A stretch of 63,731 bases of DNA, the filler included, from Rhabdomonas costata (lineage: Eukaryota): NCBI GenBank assembly GCA_019059605.1. It is 27 parts of 27 records of this genome, joined end to end, with 100 filler letters (N's around TTAATTAATTAA, not from the genome) between each part and the next. Parts side by side here need not be neighbours in the genome. Positions count along the whole stretch, not along the records: positions 21,294 to 23,558 come from JAHMHO010004420.1; positions 23,659 to 25,923 come from JAHMHO010004421.1; positions 26,024 to 28,286 come from JAHMHO010004422.1; positions 28,387 to 30,651 come from JAHMHO010004423.1; positions 30,752 to 33,016 come from JAHMHO010004424.1; positions 33,117 to 35,375 come from JAHMHO010004425.1; positions 35,476 to 37,738 come from JAHMHO010004426.1; 20 more parts are not named here. One strand, 5' to 3'. A model generated the notes under the pieces. It was not told the origin of the DNA and ran no database searches. It worked only from the letters and a program-made list of their open reading frames with translations. This document shows, piece by piece, positions 23,183 through 35,493 of this stretch. Each line of letters opens with the position of its first letter. Position 1 is the stretch's first letter. The position numbers were made by a program, and so were the translations under genes.

Positions 23183-26100
23183 CTGAAGGAACAGGCGTGG
23201 GGCCGTCACGTGCAGTCACGGTGAGAAGCTGTACCTTAGGCGGTAGAAAGGCGAAGCCGAAGCAGTCTAGGGGACCTGGGGCTCCAAAAGCACTTTGGGA
23301 CCGGTCCTTTCACCCACGACCGATTTCTGTGTCCCTCGGTCGCTCTACTTAATTACATCGACCGCACTATGATTATATACACGAATGTGTGAAGCATGGA
23401 TTGCAGAGCAAGCGTCGTGGCTCACGGCACGCTAAAGCTCCAATGGATGTTGAACTAAAAAAATGAAGCACGTTTAAAGCAGAGGGTGGATAAACCCAGA
23501 CTGTGAAACAACGGCGGTCAGCGGGCAGCAGTACTGCGTAATGGACGCACACCCCCACNNNNNNNNNNNNNNNNNNNNNNNNNNNNNNNNNNNNNNNNNN
23601 NNTTAATTAATTAANNNNNNNNNNNNNNNNNNNNNNNNNNNNNNNNNNNNNNNNNNNNTGTTGGTGGGTTGCTCTGGGTAGGTTGGTGGAGCCAGAAGGG
23701 CAGGCAGGAGGCACCTGGAGGCGGAGTGCACTGAACCTGCGCCTGTAGCTGGGTCATCTGTGCGAAGAGCTGATGCGCCCACGCGGGGGGAGACTCCGAG
23801 TTGGAGCCGTCCACGGCTCGCGCCTTCGAGGGTCAGTCATTTTTGACGGGAGATGAGACAAAAATGGGAGGTTTGGTGGGAGAGATGTGAGGTGCACCAC
23901 AAAATTCTAATGAGGGCTGAAAAGGCATATGAAGCTCCTTCTTAGACCTTGATTTTCCCTTGGTCGCAGAAGGCCCCGAAAAGATTTTGACCTCAAAGGA
24001 CCATTTGCTCAGAATTAGCTAACAAGTAGAAACAATACAAACAAAAACAGCACAAACACCCCTTTTCACAGCACAAGGCATCATCTCTTGTGCACCGGGT
24101 GTCCAGCAGGGCGACCCACTTGGGCCCGTCCTCTCTGTCGAAACACTCTCGGCAGTGTAGCTGGCATGACATTTCGTGAGGTGGGGCGTTCGGTTTCTGG
24201 ACGACGGTGAATTGCTTGGCACCACAGCGGTTGTCCCAGGCGCTCGAGGTGCTCCTTCCCACACTGAAACAATCAGGTCTCTCCCTTAATTGGGGAATTT
24301 CGCGCCACTGCGGATTCTGGTCTGTTCCCTTCTGATTCTCTCCTTTAATCTTACGTACGATCTGCTTCATGGGGCTCTCCGTGCTCGGTTCCTATGTTGG
24401 ACGTCGCTCTCATTTTGATAGCGTACACCTCTAACGCACTGAGATGTTTGAGGTCTTTCTTGATCGTCTGTGTGCTCTTCAATACCCAGACAGCTCTGAC
24501 CGCGCTCCGTCCTGCCCAGGTGCATGCAAACGCTCACACGCCGCTCGCACTATTCCCTTTTCCTTGCTCCCTCCCACTCTCCGAGCGCATTCTGCATGTG
24601 TGTCATGCGTTGTGGTCAACGTCTGGATTCCCCTGTCTCTGACCTGCAATGGTCCCTTGCCTGCATTTCTACTGCTTTAGGCTTTAGGCGGGCTCGGCCT
24701 TGTGGAACCCCTTGAGATGGGCCCTCATGCGTTTTCCTTTGCGTTTGAAGCGGACGTCGTCATACACAGCTCCAACTTGGGGACTCCTCTGTTTTTGTGG
24801 TGTTCTTCTCCAATCAGGAGTTGTTCCCCCTCTTTCGTGCCACGAGCGCTCCTCTGGTGCAGCAGCGGTTCTGGAGCCAGCTGGCCGCGAACGCTCTCAA
24901 AGGTGGGACGGCGGCCCCACCTCGGGACAGTTTTCGTCGTCATTGTCAGCAAAGACACGCTGGCGCGTGGCTGATAGTCCCCCTGTGCTAGTCTGCTCTT
25001 CGAGCCCTGCTTCATACCAACTATTGTACAGCCTTGGCCGGAAGTACCCGTGTTTCCGTCCGTCGAGGCTGCGTTTTGCTCAGGGGATCACGTAAAAAAC
25101 AAAAGCAGGGTGTCTCCAGACCACTCCATTTCGTCCTTGGGAGCAGGGAAATAATGGATAATCAAAAAATGGTTCAATTTCCATGCTGATCCACTTGATC
25201 CATAATTTGTACTGATCGTTTTAACGTTTCACGGTAGGGGGACCTCTTGCTGTGCGCCCGGCATGCTCGCCTCACCGCGGTCCGGGAAGCGGAAGCGACG
25301 GGTTTCGACGTGGTGCGAGAGCAAAGGGTTTACTCCTCATTGTCTCATTGTGGGGCAGGGTTTCGGCGGGCTTGGGAGTCGGGGGTTGTGCTCGACGTCC
25401 TAGACGTTTTGGTCCGCGGGTTGTGGGTTGTGAATAACGCGCACTGATTTTGTACAGAGTCCTGTCGACTTTTTGGCCCTATTGTCCAGCACTGTGCTCC
25501 TTTCCTCTTTCTTCGTCTATATTCAGGGGGCTTTACCATAAACCCCATGCAGCATTCAGCACAGACCCGTCTCCCCCCTTCCATCACTTGCTACTCTATA
25601 TCCACATTACTCCCCCTGTCTTCTCGGGCACATTTTCCCTCTCCTTAATAGCATTATTGCTTTGCTTTTGCCCGGTTCTCGATCACTGATTGCGCTGCTG
25701 CCGTAAAAAAAAAAAAAGGCCAGATTTTCATCCCTCTGTCCCCCCCCCCAAAAAAAATGAAATAATGTCGAGATAGGCCTACGGGTACATGCGCAGTTTT
25801 TGTCCGACATTGACCCACGAGGGGAAGAGGACGAAGATGCACAAGGATTCGAATAATCGAATAAACACAGAAGAGGAGGTGCGGGGGAACGGGGTAGCCC
25901 AAAACGCCAGCAGAACAAAACACNNNNNNNNNNNNNNNNNNNNNNNNNNNNNNNNNNNNNNNNNNNNTTAATTAATTAANNNNNNNNNNNNNNNNNNNNN
26001 NNNNNNNNNNNNNNNNNNNNNNNGGAAACCGCAGATGAGCCGAAAATAACAGTCACGCGGAGAACGGAGAAAACCGAGGTGCGGGCGAAAGCGGAAGATC

Positions 26101-29100
26101 CTCCTTTGGGTTGGGGACAACGGGAGGCGGGAGTCCCCCCTAGAAGACACAACAACCGCGAGCACCCAAAAAATGATTGCACTCAGTAATGAGGTACCAA
26201 AAGGAAGGTTATCGGCCGAAAATGACAGGAACGAGAGCTATCCACCACCATTGTTTCTTTCGTTCAGCACGGGCGGAAATCGCGAAATTTTCTTTCTCGA
26301 CTTTTTTTGCCTTACGTTTTTTTTTGCAGTCCGGAAGAGTCTTCTGCAAGGCGACCGGTGGGTCGCTTCAGGCACGTGGTGCATGTTCCTCGACGGAGAA
26401 AGGTGGACCCCAGGTTTGTTGCTTCAGTCCTTGTTGTAAGGAGCTGACCCTTGGAGGAAGTTCTTTTTTTATACCAGTGATGACATATCCATCGAATTTT
26501 TTTTTGTGCTTTTCTGCAATCTCTTTCCTTTATGGAATCGGTGCAGGTTTTCGGAGCTGCATGGGCACCTGGACCTTGGTACATTTAAGACAGACTACGA
26601 ATTCATGTTCGAGCAAAAGAAAAGTGAGATGAATGAGCGTGAGCAAGAACTGAAAAAGCTTGAGGTATTTTAAGAGCACTAATTTGCATGAACGTTGCTG
26701 CACCTTTCTTCGTGGCACCCAGTCTCTCATATAAACCAACATTGAGCCAGCCAAGCGGAGTGGGGTTCCAGCAAGAGAATTAGAGAGCAAGAGAATTATT
26801 GTTATTATTGTTCGAAGAAAGTGCATTTTCCAATGGAGTTTCGTCATGTGAGCGAAAAATCTAAGGATTTGCTCATTTTGGTTTGGGTGACTGGGACAGT
26901 GCATATGTTTGTACCTGTTTGAATACTTTTGTGCGCAAAACGGAAGGGAAAAAACGAGAAAGAAAAGGGAGAAAGGGTGTCCTAGTCTATGGTTTTGCTC
27001 GTCATACGCTTGACGCGTTTCATGAGATTTTTTATTTTGTATTAGCCCTGTTAAAGTCATTCGAACGATTTCGACTATTTGGTCTATTTAGTCTTGGTCT
27101 GGGCTGAAATTCGGATGGTTTTGGAAACATCATGGTTTCGTTTCGTCTCGTCTCGTCTCGTCTCGTCTCGTCTCATCCCTCTGCATCTCGATTAATGTAC
27201 CCTTCTTCATCCAGTAAACGAAATACTCTGAACATTGTCATTTAAATGCCCGGATTCCGGCTCAGCGCTGTCGTTGTTATGTTTTCTTTTCAGGCCAAAC
27301 GCTCTTTATCAAGAGACCAATTCAAAGCAAAAGAAGAACTTCGGAGCGGACTCATCAAGTGGGATTTTTGGTTTTCGCCTCGCTTCGAAGAATCTCGCTT
27401 CGATGTGAAATTGACATCCACCTTTGAGTTCTTGAAGGTTTGGAATGTCGGTGTTTTCCGTTTGTTAGTCAGTTCGTTTTCATCTTTTCCCTCAATTATC
27501 AGGATGCGCGCCGAAATTAAGAAGTTCGAATCCGCTTGCCGCCGCTCAGAAGAGGAGAAGCAGAATAAGCAACAGAACCGTCGTCAGCACTTCGTCAAGA
27601 AAGGTAATGCTTGTTTCTTCCACAATTGTTCCTCAATGCTGGCATTTCGCGGCATTTGATAGCAAGGGAGCACTTTTTTTGCATGGAATAACAGGCCACA
27701 CAAGCGAAAAAACTGACAGAGTGGTGTCGGTGATCAAGCACAAGCAAACGAAACCAACAACGTGCTAGGAAAGCGGCATAGAGCAGTTTTGTTGTATTTC
27801 TAAAAAGTTGCAGCGTCAAGTAAGAAAGGAGAGAAATGAAAGGGGGAAGACCCCTGATTGCTGGATTAGCAGCCAGAAAGCGAATTTGATGTTAGTCTTA
27901 ACCCAAGAGCGTGACTCTAAGCGTCGTTGAATTTTTGTTTCTGGGACGGTTGTGCCTGTTTGTTGGTATTCGTGCATGTTTGTGGTTTTCAAAGGATGAA
28001 AAGGAACAAACAGAGGCGATTGTATTATAGGAAAAATTGAAACGCTGCCCCTGGCTGTCCCTGTTTTTCACACTGCAGCTGAAACGGAGGAGTCCATGCT
28101 TTTCCGGAAGTACTCCGAGCTGCAGGAGGCAAACAAGCTGGAGGACTGGTTGTCCAAGAAGCGCCAGGCTCACGCCGCCAGGGACCGAGCCAGCGCCTTG
28201 AAGAAGAAGAGGCGCAGGGTGCAGCCCGAACAGTAGGGACTGCATTCTTCGAACAGCTTGCTTCAGGCTCACCCTTGGTGCCTGAANNNNNNNNNNNNNN
28301 NNNNNNNNNNNNNNNNNNNNNNNNNNNNNNTTAATTAATTAANNNNNNNNNNNNNNNNNNNNNNNNNNNNNNNNNNNNNNNNNNNNGTCAGTGAGGCAAC
28401 CCGGAGGTACAGGAGGTTCGGCGAAAGAGGGCAGGAATAGCCCGCAAATCAGCTATAGAGTGATCTGCTGGCACGGCACCGCCTGTAGATACCGGTGCCG
28501 CGTGACGCCCGTTCACCCATCCGAAAGAAAAGCTCCAAGGGTCTTTCCCGCGAGAACCCAGCCCTCCAAGGAAGGAGTGTGGAGTCGCAGAGACTTGAGC
28601 AGCAATGGAGCAATGCAGGTAGCCGCTGGAAAAAAGCAGCTGCGCGACAATGGCCCGGGACCCGTGGGGCAGCAGGGAGGTTACCGGATGTGGAACGGTC
28701 GGCGGTGAGCCGGTTCTGGTTCCCCACGGCACCGTTCGCTCCAACGGTACCTCTGCGAGCACCCGTGACCAACAGCGCGTGCGCCAGTCAGTCCCCAGTG
28801 GTCACCATCAACCAAGCAACCAGTCAACCAGGCAACAGCCAGCGCGGCTTCTTCCTTCGCCCTTTGAGATTCGCTTTCAGCATGTTATCATGGCTACAGA
28901 TAACGAGAAAGAAAAGCAGGAATCTGTAAAAGGAACCTGTAAAATGATGAGCAATATCAGGCGTGCTTTTTTCCAAAGATGTCGAAGCACAGTTCGTTTC
29001 AAACTCAGATACGTTTGATGAGCGCTTGCTATGTGGAAGCTCCTTCGGTGGGGAAATAACGAAGAGTTGTTGTTCCATACCTCAGTTCGTACATGACGCG

Positions 29101-29616
29101 CGCTTGCGATGAACCACTAGGTCATATGGAGAATGGGGGCTCATAATTGCAGCTTGTTCAGTGGGTTCATGAACTCGCTAAACCAACTTGTATGCGTTTT
29201 GGGTTGAATCTAGGAAGCCCACCCAAAAAAATAACCGTAACCTAAGTCTGAGGGATTGTATGCATGGGATGCAAGGGACATCCTCCTTGGCTGCAGCGGC
29301 AACTGTTCTCGCTCTCCCTCCTCCTCCTCCTCCTTTCCGCCCTTCTCCGTCCGTCCCTCCTTCATTTTTGTTTTTGGCTGCGGGATCGGACCTTGCGCTT
29401 TTTTCTGCAGTGCCGCGTCTACTCCCTTGCCGCCGCTTCGGTGGCAAACACATTCCGTTCAGGGCGAGACTGATCGCTACGATGTCGTCTCCAGCTGCAC
29501 CACGACAGCACAGGGGCGTCTCATTGCGAAATGACAGCCTCGGAATTTTGCTCATGCTACTTCTCCCGCTGGTTTAATTATCCAGCACTCCCCCAACTGT
29601 AAGGGTTTTCGTAAAT

Positions 29617-29618
<2 letters not shown>

Positions 29619-29656
<38 letters not shown>
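29619..29656. repeat. (TG)n microsatellite
   Basis: Perfect dinucleotide run. Confidence 0.95.
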
Positions 29657-29659
<3 letters not shown>

Positions 29660-29974
29660 CGGGAGCGGGGACGCGGGAGCGAAGAAAAAAGCACACCTCA
29701 TCACTGCGCTGCCGGCGGCGGATGGTTCCCCACAGCCAGGAGGCTTTCCCAAGGACCCACCGGACGGCTCGGGGCAGTGCACTCGAGCTCTCCTCCGCGA
29801 CTTTCGTCCGATCCTTTTTTTTTTGAAAAGGGCAATGCTAAGAGACTCTAAAAAACGTTAGCCAAGATATGTTTAGTGATTTAGCACTGGAGTAATTATG
29901 TGTGCTTGCATGACGGCTGTTTGCATTTGATTTTTTTTGCCTTCCGCGATACCTTCACAAAATTTTCTGTGGTA

Positions 29975-30154
29975 CTTGGCCGCACGCCCGTGCAAATGCC
30001 CAGCAGCTGCACCAGCTCCTGGGCCTCGTCCAGAGTGATGAAGTCTGGGTTGTACGGGCGGTCCGGGCTGCGCTCTCGGACGACGCTGAGGGCCTCCTCC
30101 AGCTCCAGCGCTGTGAAGACCTCCTCCTCCTCCTCTTCAGAGGCGACCGTCCTC
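29975..30154 (-). CDS. Isolated exon, unknown protein
   Basis: GC3-rich frame RTVASEEEEEEVFTALELEEALSVVRERSPDRPYNPDFITLDEAQELVQLLG after a tgcag acceptor. Confidence 0.5.
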
Positions 30155-30751
30155 CTGCACAACGAGGAGAGACAGTAACTCATTACTTGTAGTACAGAAA
30201 CTTGGGTTGGAAGTATGGGAGAAGGACCCAGGCACCCATGGTGAGTGGAATGCTGGTGGGTGCATCTCGCTTTCAGGACACAATATGCACAAAAAAAGAA
30301 CTGGGCTACAGGCGCTGTCAGCATAAAGTTTCTTCCCTTCACTCTAGGCAGCTCTGCCATCGAGGACTGCTTTTGTGCAGGGGAGAATAATAAAACACAG
30401 CACCGTCATGTCGTCCACCACGAGCAGTTTAGAACCCATGCCACCTCCCATTGCCCAAAAACTGAGCTTGAGTATCGTGCAGATTGATATGAATTCCTGG
30501 TTTTTTCTTTAAGATTTTCAAGTAGCGCGTCAGCCAGTGGTTCCAAGAGGCACCATCCCCAGCTGCCAAACCACTTTCCCTTGCCGGAGCCCTCGAAAGC
30601 ATGCCCTCTTCACGTTTACTTTCTCGGGTCCTCGGGTGTTGACACACCCACNNNNNNNNNNNNNNNNNNNNNNNNNNNNNNNNNNNNNNNNNNNNTTAAT
30701 TAATTAANNNNNNNNNNNNNNNNNNNNNNNNNNNNNNNNNNNNNNNNNNNN

Positions 30752-33016
30752 AATCATCAAGAGAGCTCTGCTCGACAGAACCAAAGCTCCACTTTCGACA
30801 GAATATGGTTTTGTGGGTTGCAATCTTTGAAAACTGATAGATGAATCGGTGGTAAAAACCACAAAATCCGAGGAACATTCAGACGCTCTTGACGTTTCGT
30901 GGGGTTTCACATTAAGAGATTGACAGCAGTTTCTCAGTGACTGGTAGGATGCCACCACCAAGGAAGATGTAGCCAACGAAGTCGATTTCCTGTTGAGCGA
31001 AGTAACACTTTTCAATTTTACGAATAGTAGCTCATTCCGGAGTAAGCTCGTGACTCGATAGAGGTGTCACAGTTGTTTTTTGAGTGTCTCCGAGAAAACG
31101 AAAGTGTTACCGAAGTAAATGGGTGAAGTCTGTTATTTCGAAAAACGCAAAATTCATCGTTCTCTGAAAGTTGGAGGTGCATTTGTAAGACCGAATGGCA
31201 TCACTGTCCAGTCGAAGAAGTTTTTTGGAAAGCCGTTTGCGATTGTCTCCAGTTCTGATTCGAGTTTGATGAAACTCGCTCGATAGGTGCATCTTCGAAT
31301 AGTAACATGCCTTCTTCATTATCTCGAAATTTTTGTTTCGTCAATTTGTGTCAACTGTTACTTGTTCTTGACCGCGATACTGTAGTCAATCACCGTGCGT
31401 TGTAAATTGTCCTCCTTGTCCCGCAAGAGAACAGGTGCTCCATACGGGCTAATAAATAGTCGCGTTTTTCCTGATTCAAACAACTCACAAAACTGTTTAC
31501 AAACTTCCGCTTTGTCGATGTGTGACATCCGGTAGAGTGGGTGTGCCGGAGGCTTAGAGCCGTGTTCTGTGTTAATTAGATGGACGGTGGACAGGTATGT
31601 GGAAGTCCACTGGTAAGTTTCTCCGGGAATACAAGATGGAACTCCCCGATCAATCTAGTGAAGATTACCGGAACCGTTGTTCACTGGCCACCTGTGGTCT
31701 ACGCCAATTGTGATAATCCTTAGGTGTTGTTGATTGATACCACTCGGAACCGGTGGTACGCTCGTTACCACGCATATGTCTATTTTCCGTGATGGTCCTT
31801 TTGTACATCAGGGCGCATCACGTTCACTGATGCTACGCCAGGACTACTGAATATGAGGGCTGCAAGACCAAAATGTGATGGAGTGACACGTATAGAAGAT
31901 AAAGATGGGAAAATTAGAAACATATTGAACGTGACCTGTTTGACACATGCGTATATACACGTATATATTGTATCTACATCTGAAGCTGAATTAACAGTTG
32001 TGATACAATGAGCTATTTTTGATGCTCAATTAGTCACTGCCAAACTAAATTTTAGGTCTTTCAGTGTCGTGGAACCGGTGGCATACTGACGATCCGATTC
32101 ATCCAAATTGATTGCCATTTATGTGTTTGGATTTACACTCGTTCCACTAATCATCTAGTCTTGTGATGATCTGCCTTGTAGTGTTGGCAAACGTTGCAGG
32201 AGTCGATGTGTTGACGAACAAGTACTCTCATTTTCAGGAAGTAGAATCTACTCTGGATAATGCTGACTGGTTTAATTAACTTAATGGATCCATTAATCGC
32301 CTGACACCATGGTGTCGTGGTAAGAGGAGATGATTCTGTTCACTCAACTATTTGGTACCAATATCCTGTCATTTGCCTACAACATACCATACTTTTAATG
32401 CTTTCACTTGTCGTTGTGGATCTCGTTAGTACTTGTATCAAGAAAGTAATCTTCAAGCAGTATCATTGCCTGTCCAACAAGGCATCGGATCATTAACCAT
32501 TACTTGGCCGCACAACATCCAGTTTCCTGCTGCTCGTGAAGTACAGAAAAACTTAATGGACGGAAGTGGTTGTCATGTTGAATTCCTGAAGTCTGTGCAA
32601 TCATCAAATCTGACGAGGGATCGGATTTTCCATCGTTTGCACGAAGCGAAGACAAGTTTTGTCTGTGAATACATCATGGAGGTAATGTCTCCACTTGTTG
32701 ACTGCATCGACTAGAGCCAAAAGTTTTTAATGTATTGTGTAGTTCGCTTTGTGCACGTAGAGCGTTCGAATAGTTTAGAAAATAAGTCTGGCATTGCTCC
32801 AATGCCAGAGTCAAAGCATCACTGTACAAGATGAACGACTTTCTGTGATTCTAAAATGCAGGAACGACGTATATAGTAATATGTGTTCAAATCATCAAGA
32901 GAGCTCTGCTCGACAGAACCAAAGCTCCACTTTCGACAGAATATGGTTATGTGGGTTGCAATCTTTGAAAACTGATAGATGAATCGGTGGTAAAAACCAC
33001 AAAATCCGAGGAACAT
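30752..33016 (-). mobile_element. Decayed Ty3/gypsy pol (RT, RNase H, integrase), circularly permuted contig
   Basis: RT: PPAHPLYRMS...SPYGAPVLL and FLGFCGFYHRFIYQFSKIA. RNase H: FILYSDA and LLALVDAVNKWRHYL. Integrase: IISSYHD...VRQHIDSCNVCQHYK. Many stops and frameshifts. Confidence 0.92.
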
Positions 33017-35493
33017 NNNNNNNNNNNNNNNNNNNNNNNNNNNNNNNNNNNNNNNNNNNNTTAATTAATTAANNNNNNNNNNNNNNNNNNNNNNNNNNNN
33101 NNNNNNNNNNNNNNNNTGTTGGGGTGTGTTTGGTTGGGGTTGGGAAAAATTGCAATTACTGAATGTAATCACTTCAGGTTGTCGACCTGTTGCTTTTTGT
33201 TTTCGTTTTCGTGAGTTGGCAATCCGTCATGCCTTCTCGCTGCAACCCCGAAGCAAGGATGAAAATCACGTCCACGTGCAAACGTCAGGCAGCAAACAAC
33301 AAACCAACAAAAATTGCGGAATAGGCTTATTCGGTTAGCCCCTCCCTATTACACAGTGCCCCAATTTAATAGCGGCGTTATTACAAATGGATTCAAAATA
33401 GAAGGGGCGCTATTGCTGTTTGTTTGGTCTAGGACCACTCCGCTGTGCTGAGCTTTTCCCGATAACCTGTTCAAAACTCCACGGTCCCTTGTGGTCACTG
33501 TTATCACGGGTATCCCACTGTTCACGGTCACGCCTTGCTCTTCCTTTCAGCTTGGTCCCTACCTTCTAAAATATCATTTTTCATGCGCAGGACTACATTT
33601 TTATGGTACACGCTAGACACACGCCACTGAACGCGACTTTTTTTTTCTAAATTCGAAAGCATTTCTGAACACGTCCGTCGAAGCTTTGTCTGAATTTTCG
33701 ATCCCTTATTTGTATTGAACAATCATTAATCTCTTTTTTATTTCTGGCAGCAAATTAGCAAATTAGAGGCATCCTCCACTAAATGTTGAAATTATCGGCG
33801 CATCTTGAACAACAATCTCTCAATGCATAGCTCCTATCTCTGTTGGGTTTGATGGGGTTTGGACTTCAAGGCGTAGTTGACCAGCTTTTTTTTTTCACGC
33901 GTTTAACCCAACAAAGCAGGGTGCAATGCAGATGCAAGGAATATTCAGACCACAAACCTAATATAAAACAAAAAGTACCCATCTCTCTTAAAAAGTAAGC
34001 ACTCAAAACTACAAAAGGAACTTTAGTGACCCAAGAAGGAACCGAATTGTCCGAGAGAAAACTTTTACTCATGAAATGGAATAAACATGATTTTCAAATT
34101 AATATTCCTATCTATTTTCAACATCTCACCTGCATTCCAAAGCAAGGGCAACAAGCAAAACAAAGAAAAGCGCCATTTGGGAAATCCGAACTCAACTTCA
34201 TTTTCGAATTTTCAGGCAGCTCGACAAAATATTTCAGAAAAAAATTAGCAACGTTTTCAGAAGTTTTGGGTCTTCTGTTGAGTCGAACCCACACGAACCC
34301 CATACATAGGACCCCCTGTCCCTCGGTGTTCTCGATCAACCACGGCGGGTTGTGATGGACCAGGGCAGGTGAACAAATCGATGATACAAACGTGCAGGGG
34401 AAAGAAGTTAGTCTGAAAAAAGGGAACTGGGGAAAGGGAAAGATGCTCACCAGGGTTTCTGGAACCTTGTTTGTGCTTAAAAAAAACCGCAAAGATTTGC
34501 ACTGAGCAGTTTGAAGTCAAAAACCACAAACTACAACATGAAACATATAAATATCTTTCTTCGTGACGGTGTCCCCAGCGTTGCTTCCTACCCAGAGAAG
34601 GTGCCTGATCCCCTGAAGAAAAAGCCCAGAGGGCTCTTGAGTCAACCGACCGTTTTCAGCAAAAGGCTGCAGAGCGTGCGCAGGCCTTGACGGTGGTGGT
34701 GAATTGTCCTGCATGCCGCGCCCAACTTCACGCGATTCGGTAGCAATTCTATTCGTAATTCGCAATCGGTCAATTCAGTCCGTATTGCGTCTTCCACGTT
34801 TACCAACATTTTTTTAGGAAGGTTGTTCTGAAGCTTCAGTATTTTGGTAAGTTGTAAAAATAAACAGCCGTGAAGCTCTTGAACCAGGTGTGCAATTTGC
34901 CCGAGTGTTCAGAAAGTTGGTGTGCGCGTGTCTTGGGTGCAGGGCGGTGCAGGGCCCGCCGGCCACGTGTGCATCTAACACCGCGTAGGAGTAAACAAAC
35001 GTTTATAGGGGGGCGGTGATTATTCCCAGGGATGAGCGGGTTCGACAGGTTCTATTTAAAGCGGTTATAATCAGGGACGACAACTGCGAAATTTGCAAAA
35101 TCAGTAGGATCTGCACACTGGTTTGCAGTTAGCGTGCAAAAGAATTTTAGTGTGGAATTGTTTGCGGGTTTTTTGTAATGTGGTGTGACAATGTAACTGA
35201 CGTTTCCCCGATTTCCCTTCCTTCTCATCACGTTCCTAGACATTCTCTTTTCTTTTGCCGGCCCCCCTCTTTCTTTCATCCTCCCTTCCCTGTCACTGAA
35301 CCGATGAGCTCCAACTCTTTGGACGCTGGCCTCCATCGAAGGCCGCCCGAGTCGACGGGAACCTTTCCACGGATANNNNNNNNNNNNNNNNNNNNNNNNN
35401 NNNNNNNNNNNNNNNNNNNTTAATTAATTAANNNNNNNNNNNNNNNNNNNNNNNNNNNNNNNNNNNNNNNNNNNNGTTGTTGTGGACTCTCAC

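Noticed and set aside
23659-23814. Gag-like N-terminus PPAWAHQLFAQMTQLQ
   Set aside because: Short, truncated by the contig end, with no other retroelement motif nearby.
28944-29030. TGATGA motifs as box C/D snoRNA candidates (also ~26478, ~42776, ~50390)
   Set aside because: No suitably placed box D with a terminal stem or recognisable rRNA complement. No tRNA, rRNA or SL RNA gene was recognised anywhere in the window.
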